From positions 288,001 through 352,000 of the forward strand of contig OY843584.1 in NCBI GenBank assembly GCA_963692915.1: a stretch of 64,000 nt of DNA, read 5' to 3'. A model generated the notes under the pieces. That model saw nothing but the letters and a program-made list of their open reading frames with translations. It did not search any database and was not told the origin of the DNA. The position numbers and the translations under genes are program-made. The stretch is from Cenarchaeum sp. Lineage in GTDB: Archaea; Thermoproteota; Nitrososphaeria; Nitrososphaerales; Nitrosopumilaceae. Positions 19,299-29,878 of the stretch are shown piece by piece; positions within the stretch are counted from its first letter, which is position 1, and each line of letters begins with the position of its first letter.

Positions 19299-20356
19299 TG
19301 TTCCACCCTTGCCACGGCCAGCGTCAGGTCTGGTGGGAATTTGTGCTTTTGGACAATGAGCCTTCCCCCGCGAGAGGACACGAGCGCGGCGGCCTCGGAC
19401 ACGCTCGGCGTGCCCTCTAGGCGCTCAACGGTCTCAGACGGGTTCGGCGCCTCGATGCGCGCAAGTTCCGCCCTGTCGAGGAGCTCGAGGTCGACTTTGA
19501 GGGCGCGCGCTGCCTCCTCGAGTCCGGCCACGTCTACAGGCTTTTTGACCGAGACGAGGCGCGCAACGCACATGGGGCTCAGCGAGTTGTGCCTCAGCGT
19601 GGACTCGAGGGACTCGACGATCTTGGCGGACGGCGTGTCCCTGTGAACTCCGACGCCGACAACTAGGCTGCGCGGCCTATAGACCACTGTGGGCACCGCC
19701 ATTGCGCTGACGTCTGTGTCGGTTATGACTAGCGCACCGGCGCATCCCGCTTCAACAATCTCGTCAACACTCGAGCAGACGATGACATTTGCCGGCAGCG
19801 CCCCGCCGTCTCCCACAATGCCGCGCTCGCCGGCTTTTTGCAGCAGTCCGATTCTCTCGCCGTTGACCATCATTGCGCTCACGCGCGTGACATGCTCATC
19901 ACCGTCTATCCTCCAGCCCTCCTTGCGCCCCACAAGGTCCACGGCGATGGTCTTGTTGACGTCGGCAGCCGTAGTTATGACCGGAGTTGCGCCGATCCTC
20001 GAGCCGATGTCGCGTGCAAGCTCGTTGGCTCCACCTAGGTGCCCAGAGAGCGCGCTAATGGCAAACCTTGCCGAGTCGTCAATGACTACGATCGCGGGAT
20101 CCGTCTTTTTGCCCTTCATGTGCGGAGCCACAAGCCGGATGACTGCTCCGAGTGAAAATATGCACACGAGGCCGTCCATTGACGCAAATAGCCTTCCGAC
20201 AGTCTCGGGGGTCGGCTCGGCAAACCATGACACACCGTCCTGCCCGTCGTTGAGCTTTGAGGGCGCATGGACTGTCCAGTCTGGATAAAGCTCGCCTAGG
20301 CGCCGTCCGGTCTTCACGCCATTTTTCGTGATCGCGACTACGGCTACTCGCTCCAT
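19295..20356 (-). CDS. cbiG: Cobalt-precorrin-5A hydrolase
   Basis: KKTDPAIVVID, LSGHLGGANEL, PVITTAAD, SVSEAAAL. Confidence 0.93.
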   Translation of the reverse strand: MERVAVVAITKNGVKTGRRLGELYPDWTVHAPSKLNDGQDGVSWFAEPTPETVGRLFASMDGLVCIFSLGAVIRLVAPHMKGKKTDPAIVVIDDSARFAISALSGHLGGANELARDIGSRIGATPVITTAADVNKTIAVDLVGRKEGWRIDGDEHVTRVSAMMVNGERIGLLQKAGERGIVGDGGALPANVIVCSSVDEIVEAGCAGALVITDTDVSAMAVPTVVYRPRSLVVGVGVHRDTPSAKIVESLESTLRHNSLSPMCVARLVSVKKPVDVAGLEEAARALKVDLELLDRAELARIEAPNPSETVERLEGTPSVSEAAALVSSRGGRLIVQKHKFPPDLTLAVARVEH

Positions 20357-20387
20357 GCCACAGCACAGCATGCGTTGGTATAATATC

Positions 20388-21455
20388 CTATTCTGGTGGC
20401 CACTCGGCGAGAACCCCGCCGTCAAAACCAAAGAGCGTGACCTTCACGGCGAGCCCGCCACCACAGTGAGCCTCCATCTCGGTGTGCGCACGGTGCGCTA
20501 TCCCCTCAAAAAAGCCGACGATCTTGCGCTCTGTGACGATCTCTCCGGCATGTCGCGCAGTGTTGGCCGCGGCGATCTCATCGACGGCATCGGTCCCGGC
20601 GCCGCACTCGCGTGCTATTCCGGCGAGGAACCCCATGTCCACCTTTGAGCCCTTGACGTGCGTCTGCTTTACGCCTGCGGCAATCTTTGCGAGCTTGCCG
20701 ACAAACCCAACAACGTGCGCCTTGCGTATCCCGGACTTTGCGCACTGGCGTATGGCATACCCGCCAAAGTCGCCCATCTGCACATAACAGTGGTCATTGA
20801 GCGACACGATGCGCCGCGCATACTCCTCGCTACGCCCGCCCGTGCTAAGGACGACATCCTTCTCGCCCATTGCCACTGCCACGTCAATGTTCTGGCGTAT
20901 CGCAGCAGCAAAGGCCGCAGTAGAAAACGGGACGACAATCCCGCTAGTTCCCAGTATCGATATGCCGCCAACTATGCCGAGCCGTGGATTGTCCGTCCTT
21001 GCGCCAATCTCTGCCCCGCCTGCGACTGACACGGTAACCCTGATGCCGTGGTCGGCAAGCTGTGCTGCGCCCGCCTCTCGCACGCCTCGCTCGATCATGG
21101 TGCGTGGCACGGGATTTATGGCCGCCTTGCCGATCTCGAGGCCGAGTCCCGGCTTTGTGACGGTTCCAACGCCTTCGCCGCCTAGTATCTCGATGCTACC
21201 GGCATCTCCGACAAGCTCGCACTCTACGGCAATCTCGGCGCCATGTGTCACGTCGGGATCATCACCGCCGTCCTTTATGACCGTGCATCTTGCGCGCTCT
21301 GACGAAAACTCGCACGTCGCTATCGCTATACTGATCGAGCCGCCGCGCGGTAGCGGAACGTCGACTGTGTCGATACGCGACTGTGATGCAATGCTTGCCA
21401 TGCACGCGCGCGCCGCCGCAGCCGCCGACGTTCCGGTCGTAAACCCTGTGCGCAT
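20388..21455 (-). CDS. cbiD: Cobalt-precorrin-5B C1-methyltransferase
   Basis: RTGFTTGT, KDGGDDPDVTHG, AINPVP, NPRLGIVGGISILGT. Confidence 0.95.
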   Translation of the reverse strand: MRTGFTTGTSAAAAARACMASIASQSRIDTVDVPLPRGGSISIAIATCEFSSERARCTVIKDGGDDPDVTHGAEIAVECELVGDAGSIEILGGEGVGTVTKPGLGLEIGKAAINPVPRTMIERGVREAGAAQLADHGIRVTVSVAGGAEIGARTDNPRLGIVGGISILGTSGIVVPFSTAAFAAAIRQNIDVAVAMGEKDVVLSTGGRSEEYARRIVSLNDHCYVQMGDFGGYAIRQCAKSGIRKAHVVGFVGKLAKIAAGVKQTHVKGSKVDMGFLAGIARECGAGTDAVDEIAAANTARHAGEIVTERKIVGFFEGIAHRAHTEMEAHCGGGLAVKVTLFGFDGGVLAEWPPE

Positions 21456-21656
21456 TCCCTTTTGGCCCAACGTGCGCCATGGGAACCGTCTAGTGTAATA
21501 TCTCTTGGCGCGCAGTGGGTGCCCTCTGGCGTGTCTGGCACGCGATTGTGCGCTGACGGCTTGGACTGGGAATAGACGCACAGCAGAGCTGCCCTGCGTG
21601 TGTCCCATGGCGCGCATGGCAGAGCCTTTAAAATCGCCCCGCCTGAGTCTTGGCGC

Positions 21657-22487
21657 GTGCGCAGCGGCATTGCGGTGACTGGCGCGACGGGATATGTCGG
21701 GAAGAACCTGCGCCGTCTATTGGCGCGTCGAGGTGTTCCGGCAGTGTGCCTCTCTAGAAAAAAGTTTACAGCGCGCAGCACGGAGACGGTCGTGCAGTCA
21801 GATGACTGGACGTCTGCGCGCGCCACTGCTGCATTGCGCTCGTGCCGCGCAATGGTTCATCTTGCCGGAGTCGGCAGGCATTCGGATCCCGGGGGTTATG
21901 CGCAGAACGTCGCATTGGCCGAGGCGGCCGTCTTGGCTTGCCGACGGGCGCGCATCCCAAAGATCGTCTTTGTTAGCGGCCTTGGCGCCGACTCGGCAGC
22001 GACGGGATACTTTGCCTCAAAGCTTGCAGCCGAGCGGGTCGTATCGTCCTCGCGAATCGCGCATGCGATATTTCGCGCCTCGTACATTGTAGGCAGGGGA
22101 GACGCGCTGAGCTCAAAGATACGGCGCATGGCACGCTCTGGGGAAGTCGTCGTGCCGGGCAGTGGGCGCTATGAGATACAGCCGATCCACGTGGATGACG
22201 CGTGCGCCGTCCTGCTCGGCGAGGCACTTCGCGCTAGGGGCGCGCACACGCTTGACCTCGTCGGCCCGCAGCGCGTGGCGTATGGCCGCTTTGCGGCAAT
22301 GGTGGCCGGCGCGCGATCCGTGCGCATGATCACGATGGAGTCAGCCATGCGCGAGGCTGCTCGCAGCGCCGGCGCGCCGTACGACATTGACGAGCTTGCC
22401 ATACTCGCAGGCGGCTTTGTCGGCAACCACGATGCGCTCCGGCGATCCTCGAGACTAGAGTTCTGCGACCTGCACGACATGCTATAG
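21657..22487 (+). CDS. NAD-dependent epimerase/dehydratase (SDR)
   Basis: [24 protein letters not shown]; start uncertain. Confidence 0.85.
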   Translation: MRSGIAVTGATGYVGKNLRRLLARRGVPAVCLSRKKFTARSTETVVQSDDWTSARATAALRSCRAMVHLAGVGRHSDPGGYAQNVALAEAAVLACRRARIPKIVFVSGLGADSAATGYFASKLAAERVVSSSRIAHAIFRASYIVGRGDALSSKIRRMARSGEVVVPGSGRYEIQPIHVDDACAVLLGEALRARGAHTLDLVGPQRVAYGRFAAMVAGARSVRMITMESAMREAARSAGAPYDIDELAILAGGFVGNHDALRRSSRLEFCDLHDML

Positions 22488-23645
22488 GCCAGCGGCGCGC
22501 CGAAGTGCGTCGACCATGTCCGTGCGCTCCCACGTAAAGCCATCACCGCTGCGCCCAAAGTGGCCATACGCCGCAGTCTGCGCGTATATTGGCCTCTTGA
22601 GGTCTAGCCTAGATATTATCGCAGACGGCCTCATGTCAAATGCGCTTCGCGCGCACTCTTCTATCCGTGTCTCGGGCAGCTTTTCGGTTCCAAACGCGTT
22701 GACCATGAGCGACACAGGCTCGGCGACTCCTATGGCATAGGCGACCTGAACCTCGCACCTTGATGCAAGGCCGGCGGCAACTATGTTCTTTGCTACATAC
22801 CTGCACATATAGCACGCCGAGCGGTCGACTTTTGAGGGATCCTTGCCCGAGAACGCGCCGCCACCGTGCCTGCCAAACCCGCCGTACGTGTCGACGATTA
22901 TCTTCCTGCCAGTCACTCCCGCGTCCCCGTGCGGCCCGCCTATCTCAAACTTGCCTGTTGGGTTGACGTGAATGTCAATCCCGTCGCGCCAGAGCTCCCC
23001 GCATGATGGCGTGATTACCTTTGAGATCACTGTGTCCCTTATATCCTCGTTTGAGACGTCTGGCGCGTGCTGCGTCGAGACCACGACTGCATCGATGCCA
23101 GTCGGCCTGTTGTCCTCGTACATTACTGACACCTGCGACTTGCCATCAGGGCGCATCCAGGGCACCTCGCCGGACTTGCGCAGCTCCGAGAGGCGGCGCG
23201 TCATTGCGTGCGCCATCATTATCGGCATTGGCATGAGCTCCGGCGTCTCGTCAGTCGCATACCCGAACATGAGTCCCTGGTCGCCGGCGCCCTGCTCGCC
23301 ATCGCCGGCAGTGACCCCGCGGCTAATGTCGGGACTTTGGGGATGGAGCCTCATGTCGACCTTGCACGAGTCGGCGTCAAACTCGAGTGCGGGATCGTTA
23401 TAGCCTATGTCGCGCACGGTCCTCCTCACGATCTCCTCCTGCTCGGCCTCGCCAATCCTTGCGCGCGTCGTGACCTCGCCGGCAACGGCGATAAACCCCG
23501 TCGTTATCAGCGTCTCGACGGCGACCCTCGAGTCGGGATCCCCGGCAATGAACGCGTCGACTAGCGCGTCTGATATCTGGTCACATATCTTGTCGGGATG
23601 GCCTTCTGTGACGGATTCGGAGCTAAACTGGGATCTGCGCGCCAT
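22482..23645 (-). CDS. metK: S-adenosylmethionine synthetase (bacterial/eukaryal type)
   Basis: [32 protein letters not shown]. Confidence 0.97.
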   Translation of the reverse strand: MARRSQFSSESVTEGHPDKICDQISDALVDAFIAGDPDSRVAVETLITTGFIAVAGEVTTRARIGEAEQEEIVRRTVRDIGYNDPALEFDADSCKVDMRLHPQSPDISRGVTAGDGEQGAGDQGLMFGYATDETPELMPMPIMMAHAMTRRLSELRKSGEVPWMRPDGKSQVSVMYEDNRPTGIDAVVVSTQHAPDVSNEDIRDTVISKVITPSCGELWRDGIDIHVNPTGKFEIGGPHGDAGVTGRKIIVDTYGGFGRHGGGAFSGKDPSKVDRSACYMCRYVAKNIVAAGLASRCEVQVAYAIGVAEPVSLMVNAFGTEKLPETRIEECARSAFDMRPSAIISRLDLKRPIYAQTAAYGHFGRSGDGFTWERTDMVDALRRAAGL

Positions 23646-23661
23646 GCGGGCTATGCACCGC

Positions 23662-23925
23662 CTAGAGGTCCTTTTCGAGCTTTATGAACAGGACATTGTT
23701 CCCGCGCAGTATTGCGCGCGCATAGTTGGCCACAGGCTTTCCCTCGCGCAGCTCCTTGGCGTCAGTCATTATGAGGTTCATGTACGTGTCAACGCTGTCC
23801 ATCCTTCCCTTGTACTCTGTCTCGTTCTTTAGCCTCACGACGACCTGCTTTTTGGTGCATTTTTGGAGCGTCGGAAGCGGCCGCTTGCCCTGTGTTGATG
23901 ACACTATGACATCACTTGCGCGCAT
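23662..23925 (-). CDS. Sm-like (Lsm) protein
   Basis: [24 protein letters not shown]. Confidence 0.92.
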   Translation of the reverse strand: MRASDVIVSSTQGKRPLPTLQKCTKKQVVVRLKNETEYKGRMDSVDTYMNLIMTDAKELREGKPVANYARAILRGNNVLFIKLEKDL

Positions 23926-24006
23926 GGACCGCGCGGTAGGTTAAAAGCCTTTATGCAAATTCTGGTGCAACCGCTTTAAGAGTTGGGCACGCCGGCCCAT
24001 GATGCC

Positions 24007-24672
24007 ATGGGAGAGCCCACCGGATTCACCCGCCTCGACTCGCTGCTCGGCGGCGGCCTGGGCGCAGGGGCGATCACTGACATCTATGGCGCCGCAGGCT
24101 GCGGCAAGACGCAGCTCGTAAAGCAGGCCGCCGCCGCATGCCTCTCGCGTGGAGGAAGGGTCGCCATGGTCGACACGACAGGCAAGTTCCGCCCCGAGAG
24201 GGTTCTTGCGATGCTGCGCGCCATGGGCTGCACAGAAGGCGCGCTTGGCCGCCTCGATGTCATTCGCGCGACTGGCGCCTCTGAGCAGGTCGCCTCGACT
24301 GCAGCGCTGACATCCTCGGGCGCAAGCCTTGCCATAATAGACAGCGCATCTGACCTGTTCTCCCTAGAGTATGGCCGCGAGGCCCAAATCCCAGAAAAGA
24401 ACTCGCTGTTCATGGTGTACATGCGCGGCCTGGCCGACCTCGCGCTGCGCCTCTCGATTCCAGTTGTGATCACCAACATGATCCGCGAGTTTGACGGGGT
24501 GGAGCGCGAGAACCTCCAGGCGTCGATCAGGCAGTTTACGCACGCGAGGATTCGCCTCTCGCGCGTCGGCGAGCGCTATTCGGGAAGCGTCATGCTACCC
24601 GGCCGGACTTTTGCGTTTGGATACCGCATCGGCGAGGCCGGCCTGTGCGATGATGATGCCCAAGATATTTAA
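24007..24672 (+). CDS. RadA paralog (RadB/aRadC-like ATPase)
   Basis: TGFTRLDSLLGGG, GAAGCGKT, FRPER, IIDS; no N-terminal HhH domain; start uncertain. Confidence 0.85.
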   Translation: MGEPTGFTRLDSLLGGGLGAGAITDIYGAAGCGKTQLVKQAAAACLSRGGRVAMVDTTGKFRPERVLAMLRAMGCTEGALGRLDVIRATGASEQVASTAALTSSGASLAIIDSASDLFSLEYGREAQIPEKNSLFMVYMRGLADLALRLSIPVVITNMIREFDGVERENLQASIRQFTHARIRLSRVGERYSGSVMLPGRTFAFGYRIGEAGLCDDDAQDI

Positions 24673-24700
24673 CTCGCCGCGCGCGCCGCACGGTGAGAGC

Positions 24701-24820
24701 TTGGCAGGAATCTTTGACGCAATACCCGCACTAGCCCTAGTCCTCTTTGTGGCAGGACTAGTGGGCGCTCTGGCTTATGAGAGGTTCAGGCCAAAGGGGA
24801 CAGGGACGGGTTCAGACTGA
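24701..24820 (+). CDS. Small single-TM hypothetical protein
   Basis: TTG start after a TTTAA box; LAGIFDAIPALALVLFVAGLVGALAYERFRPK. Confidence 0.4.
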   Translation: MAGIFDAIPALALVLFVAGLVGALAYERFRPKGTGTGSD

Positions 24821-27530
24821 GCCGCGCTTTGCTGCGACGTTTCGCTCCCTGGGCTTTGAGCGCCTGACGTCAATCCAGGCAAAGGCGATCCCGATAATTG
24901 CACAAAAGCGCGACACGCTCGTCATTGCGCCTACAGGGTCAGGCAAGACAGAATGCTCGGTCATACCGGTGTTCGCCGGAGTGTCGCGCACGAAAAAAAG
25001 GGGCCGCACAAAGGTCCTCTATGTGACGCCGCTGCGCGCGCTAAACAAGGACGTCTTTAGGAGGATAGGGCGCTATGCCGAGGCCGCTCAACTATCGATG
25101 GCCATACGCCATGGCGACACGCCCCAGTCAGCGCGCCGCAAGATGACCGCAGACCCGCCTGACGTGCTCATAACGACGCCCGAGACGCTCGTGGTTCTCC
25201 TCTCGCAGGAGCGCATCCTCGAGGCACTCTCGGAGCTCGAGTGGATCATCATAGACGAGGTTCACGAGCTATTGCCGAGTGAGCGCGGCGCACAGCTAGC
25301 AATGAGCATGGAGCGCTTGGCTATCAACTCGTCGCGCGAGCTTACGCGCGTGGGCCTCTCGGCCACTGTCGGCAACACCGGCGAGGCCGCAAAGCTAGTC
25401 TCGGGTACGCCGCGCAGGTGCCGAATTGTGCGCGACCGCTCGATTCGCCGCTATGATGTTGACGTGAGGCTCGTCGAGGGAGGCCTCCCGAACGTCGCCG
25501 ACGAGATAGTGCGCGTTGCCGGCCCGACTGCGCGCACCTCGCCGGTTCTCCTGTTCACCAACACGCGCGGCGAGGCCGAGCTCCTCGCCGCACTACTGCG
25601 CGAGAGGGCTGCCGGAATCGCGATCGACTTGCATCACGGATCGCTCTCGCGTGCTGTACGCGAGGAGAGCGAAGATGCGCTGCGAGAGGGACGTGGGGGC
25701 ATCGTAGTCTGCACGTCATCACTCGAGCTTGGCCTTGACATCGGATCAGTCGATCTCGTCGTCCACTATGGCTCGCCGCGGCAGGTCTCGCGCCTCGTCC
25801 AGAGGATCGGGCGCAGCAGGCATGCCGGCTCGCAATCTGCCAGGGGCATAATCATCGCGCCGGGGCCAGATGACTATATGGAGGCGCGCGCCATACTCGA
25901 CAGGGCGCGCGAGGGCTCGATCGAAGACCAGTCGGTTCACCATGGCGCCCTTGACGTGCTCGCGCACCACCTCGTTGGCCTGACACTGCAGCTCGGCACG
26001 GTCAGCGTCGGCCTCGCCCTTGATATGGCCCGCCGCGCGTACCCATTTCGAAATCTCACGCACGATGACCTGCTTCGCACTCTTGGGATGCTAGAGTCGG
26101 CCTCCCTCATCTCACTTGACCGAAAGTCGATGTCGTTTAGGCGTCTCGCGCGCACCTTGCGCTATCACTATGAGAACCTCTCGACCATTCCAGACGTGCT
26201 AAAGTTTCGCGTTATTGACACGGCGACAAACTCGTTTGTCGGCACGCTTGATCAGCGGTTTGTCGGCGACCATGGAGAGCGCGGCAACATATTTGTTCTT
26301 CGGGGGCTGCACTGGAGGATACTCAACGTCGACGAAAAGGACCTGCGCGTCAACGTCGAGCCAAACCGCTCCGGCGGCATGACTGCGCCCTACTGGGAGG
26401 GTGAGAATATTCCCGTTGATTCCGAGACTGCGCGCCGAGCCGGTGCGTTTCGTGCGCACACGTCAGGGATCGAGGGCAAGGTCGCATCGCGCGCCATGGC
26501 GCGCGCGCCGCCTGGTGCGGCCTCGGCCTCGACGATCGTCGCCGAGTCGTGTCGTGCCGACGGTGTAGTCGTGGTCCACGCGTGCCTGGGCACACGAATA
26601 AACGCGACGCTCGCCACGCTCCTCTCGTCAATGCTCTCCTCAGTCATTGGCCGGACAGTCGAGTCGCGCTCTGATGCGTACAGGATTGCGCTCTCCTCGC
26701 AGTCACGCATCACCGAGGAGATGTTGCGCGATGCGCTATGTGGCGACTATGGTGACATTGGACCGCTCGTGCAGGCCTCGCTTGCCGGCACGCATAACGT
26801 CAACTGGCGCACGTGGTGCGTCGCAAAGCGGTTTGGCATAGTCGAGCGCGGTGCAGTGTATGACCGGCGCGACGCGCGGATAATATACGAGCGCAACCTC
26901 TCGACTCCGCTGGCGCGCGAGGCCGTGCGCGAGCTATACCATGACAAGTACGACCTGGCCGGCACGGCCGACGTCCTGGCCAGTGTCCGCGATGGCGCAA
27001 CGGGTCTCGTGTGGGCCGATGTGCAGGCGTTCTCGGCGCTCGCCGAGCCGATACTCGGGCGCGCCGCATACCGCGCATCGCCCTCCAGCGTGGATCGCGG
27101 CATACTAGACATGGTTCGCGACCGCCTCCTGGGCACGACCAACCGTCTCGTCTGCGCGCGCTGTGGCATGTGGGACAGGCTCGTAGTGACATCAGAGATG
27201 AAGGCCGGCGTGTCATGCCCGCTATGTCATGCGCGCCAGGTCGCCGTCGCCCACAGGGCAGACGAGGACATTGCGCGGATCATCCAGAAAAAGAGGGCGG
27301 GCCGGCCCGTCGGCGATGACGGCGAGCGCCTGTATCGCAGGGCATGGAAGACAGCCTCGCTAGTCGAGACGTTTGGGCAGGCGGCCCTCATTGCGCTCTC
27401 TGGATACGGCGTGGGGGCTGACACGGCCGCGCGCATACTTCGTGACATGGTTGGCGAGGACGGCCTCTACAGGCAGGTCTATGAGGCCGAGAGGCAGTAT
27501 GTCATGACGCGTGGGTTCTGGGACGACTAG
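24777..27530 (+). CDS. lhr: Lhr-type DEAD/DEAH helicase
   Basis: APTGSGKT, DEVH, GLSAT, SLELGLDIG, QRIGRS, C-terminal zinc finger; start uncertain. Confidence 0.92.
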   Translation: MRGSGQRGQGRVQTEPRFAATFRSLGFERLTSIQAKAIPIIAQKRDTLVIAPTGSGKTECSVIPVFAGVSRTKKRGRTKVLYVTPLRALNKDVFRRIGRYAEAAQLSMAIRHGDTPQSARRKMTADPPDVLITTPETLVVLLSQERILEALSELEWIIIDEVHELLPSERGAQLAMSMERLAINSSRELTRVGLSATVGNTGEAAKLVSGTPRRCRIVRDRSIRRYDVDVRLVEGGLPNVADEIVRVAGPTARTSPVLLFTNTRGEAELLAALLRERAAGIAIDLHHGSLSRAVREESEDALREGRGGIVVCTSSLELGLDIGSVDLVVHYGSPRQVSRLVQRIGRSRHAGSQSARGIIIAPGPDDYMEARAILDRAREGSIEDQSVHHGALDVLAHHLVGLTLQLGTVSVGLALDMARRAYPFRNLTHDDLLRTLGMLESASLISLDRKSMSFRRLARTLRYHYENLSTIPDVLKFRVIDTATNSFVGTLDQRFVGDHGERGNIFVLRGLHWRILNVDEKDLRVNVEPNRSGGMTAPYWEGENIPVDSETARRAGAFRAHTSGIEGKVASRAMARAPPGAASASTIVAESCRADGVVVVHACLGTRINATLATLLSSMLSSVIGRTVESRSDAYRIALSSQSRITEEMLRDALCGDYGDIGPLVQASLAGTHNVNWRTWCVAKRFGIVERGAVYDRRDARIIYERNLSTPLAREAVRELYHDKYDLAGTADVLASVRDGATGLVWADVQAFSALAEPILGRAAYRASPSSVDRGILDMVRDRLLGTTNRLVCARCGMWDRLVVTSEMKAGVSCPLCHARQVAVAHRADEDIARIIQKKRAGRPVGDDGERLYRRAWKTASLVETFGQAALIALSGYGVGADTAARILRDMVGEDGLYRQVYEAERQYVMTRGFWDD

Positions 27531-28933
27531 GGCGTCGTGAGGGACATCGACGAGTACGGCGTGAGCACGAGGTCGATCCTGCCCTCCATGCCGGCTCGCG
27601 CGTTGAGGCCGGTGATCTCGTATATCTCGCCGGGCTTGCACCTCGAGACCGCATCGGCCTGGCCACGCCACCCCTTGACCCACGCCTGGCCAGTCTTGTC
27701 CTCGACGTATATCTCGGCTAGCGCGACGGCATCGCCGCTGCGAGTCTGGATCTCGCGGCGCTCGTTGACCTTTAGGACAATGGCCTTTATGACGTATGTG
27801 CCGCCGGCCTTTGTTTCCTTTATCTCGGTTCTGAGCTCCTCAAGCGTTGGAACCTTTGTGTCCTCATCGCCCATGCGGCGAACGAACGAGCTCGAGTCGA
27901 GCGTCACCGAGCTGCCAAACGCCGTAGTCGGCATGAGCTCGACAATGTCGCCAGCCGAGAACTCGCCTGTCTTGTTTGCCGCATCTGTTATGAACACAAT
28001 GTTCTTGCCGGCGTCTGCCCCGAGAACCATCGAGCCCGCTGCGCCCTCTGACCTCGAGAGTATGCGCACAATGACGGCCTGCACGTCATCTGTCCCGTCT
28101 GCCTCCACAATCGTCGCGTCATTGCCGTGAACCTCAAGCCCCTGGTTTCCCGTCCTTGCATCAACGCCGACTAGCCTGATTTTGGCGTTGACGGGTATCG
28201 ACTTTGGCACGTCGGCCTTGCCCTTTCCCCAGAGAACCGCGCGCAGGGCGCTGCCGGACTTGCCTTTGATGTTCACCTGCATGACCTTGCCCGGCCTGCC
28301 GTCGCTCTTTCGCGTAAACTCCCTGAACCCTATCTGACCGTCTAGCGTTCCCCTGACGACCATGTTGCGACCTTCCTCGGTCACCTCGCCTGCGTCGATC
28401 TCGAGGGACTCTATGCCCCTAATGTCGCTGTCCTGGTTCTCGTCGCGCTCTAGCGTGCCGCCTGAGCCGATGTTTAGGGCCGGCGTCCCGTCGCGATCCT
28501 CCTTTACGTACGCCTTTATGATCTTGACCATGTCACCGGACTTTATCTCCTCAATGCCCGGCAGGACGGCCTTGTCGTTCCAGAGCTTTACGCTCACCCT
28601 CTCATTGCCGTCATACACAGTCATCGTGCGTATCGAGCCCTGCGAGCCGTCCTTTCCGGTGAACTGCCTGACCGGCGAGATGTTCATGACGCGCGATCTG
28701 ACTGAGAGCTCCTTTGCGCCGGCCCTGATGCCGCCGAGGTCAGCCGTCGCCTCGGTGCCGGCGGCAAACGTGACGCCGAGGTCAGATGCGACTAGGTGGA
28801 TGGCGCCCCTCTCGGTTAGGAACCCAGCGCCGACCCTCTTCATCTTTTCTGCAATCATCTCGTCTAGCGCGGCCCGCGTGATCTCGGGGCGCGAGTCTAG
28901 AACCGAATTGACTGCATCCTCGTATTCGCCCAT
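27527..28933 (-). CDS. rpa: Replication protein A (multi-OB-fold ssDNA-binding protein)
   Basis: Repeated OB folds (VKLWND, AVLWG, VKGWR). Confidence 0.85.
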   Translation of the reverse strand: MGEYEDAVNSVLDSRPEITRAALDEMIAEKMKRVGAGFLTERGAIHLVASDLGVTFAAGTEATADLGGIRAGAKELSVRSRVMNISPVRQFTGKDGSQGSIRTMTVYDGNERVSVKLWNDKAVLPGIEEIKSGDMVKIIKAYVKEDRDGTPALNIGSGGTLERDENQDSDIRGIESLEIDAGEVTEEGRNMVVRGTLDGQIGFREFTRKSDGRPGKVMQVNIKGKSGSALRAVLWGKGKADVPKSIPVNAKIRLVGVDARTGNQGLEVHGNDATIVEADGTDDVQAVIVRILSRSEGAAGSMVLGADAGKNIVFITDAANKTGEFSAGDIVELMPTTAFGSSVTLDSSSFVRRMGDEDTKVPTLEELRTEIKETKAGGTYVIKAIVLKVNERREIQTRSGDAVALAEIYVEDKTGQAWVKGWRGQADAVSRCKPGEIYEITGLNARAGMEGRIDLVLTPYSSMSLTTP

Positions 28934-29151
28934 GCAGGGGGCACTCGATCCGCCTTGCCATATTAACCGATCCCGGCGTGCGTGGGCTCATGACAGGGAC
29001 TCTTGCAGGCTTCTGCAGGGCATCACAATGCGAGCCTGTTGCCGGGATCCACGGCGGCGATCTGCACACGGCTCGCCGGGGAGCCCATGGCCGCTCAACC
29101 CACCCCTGATTATCAAATTACGGTTATATTCCATGTCGATGGCGGCTTGCC

Positions 29152-29433
29152 ATGGTTGACGAGACTGTGATCGCAGGATTGGCCACTATGGCGATCACGG
29201 TGATCGGTGTGCTTTCGTACATTGTGTTCGAGGCACGCAAGAGCTCTCGCAATGCTGAGGAGCGGCGCCGGGCCGAGCGGGAGGCAGACCGCAAGGAGAG
29301 GCGAGATAGGGATTTAATCGTGGATGCCAAGTTCGCAAATGTCTGCGATCGACTTACTAGACTTGAGACAAAGTTTGATGTTCGCTTTGGTGTGACGACT
29401 AGCACTGAGGGTCACCCTGGAGCCGGGGCATAG
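29152..29433 (+). CDS. Small TM plus coiled-coil protein
   Basis: TM helix followed by a charged helix, AEREADRKE...IVDAKFAN; TTATAT box upstream. Confidence 0.6.
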   Translation: MVDETVIAGLATMAITVIGVLSYIVFEARKSSRNAEERRRAEREADRKERRDRDLIVDAKFANVCDRLTRLETKFDVRFGVTTSTEGHPGAGA

Positions 29434-29814
29434 GTGCAGCCTGTCGGTATGGCGTTTCACCACCTTGGAATGCAGGTTGCGGACATATTCAGTATCGTTA
29501 GGCTGGATGCGAGCGACGCGTTTGTGATCACGGCGCTGTTCGTGATGTTATTTGCAATGCTCGGCATATTGGTGTGTCTTGCGGTCGCTACACGTCGTTT
29601 ACGCATTTCCGAGGAGCGGGATGCAAAGCGTTGGGCCGAGCGGGATGCAGACCGCAAGGAGCTCTCTCGAACATTGACGTAAGACCACCAGGACCAACGG
29701 GAGAAGGATCGGATAGTGAACGCTCGATTCGCGAACACCATTGAGATACTAGATTGCCTTGAGGGACACTTGATGCTTTTATTGAACGTGACACAGTGCA
29801 CCGGAAATCACTAG
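29434..29814 (+). pseudogene. Paralog of 29152-29433 interrupted by an in-frame TAA (29680-29682)
   Basis: AERDADRKE before the stop; the same frame after it reads DRIVNARFAN...LDCLE, matching DLIVDAKFAN...LTRLE. Confidence 0.6.
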
Positions 29815-29878
29815 ATACCGCGGCATAACTGTGGATTTTGGTGGAGTCAAATATACGTTTGGCAAGATTGTGATGTGT

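Noticed and set aside
22482-23645. Bacterial-type MetK as a recent transfer
   Set aside because: Composition matches the host core and this enzyme type is expected in the lineage.
29680-29682. Programmed read-through (Sec/Pyl) of the in-frame stop
   Set aside because: The codon is TAA, not TGA or TAG; simple pseudogenisation is more likely.
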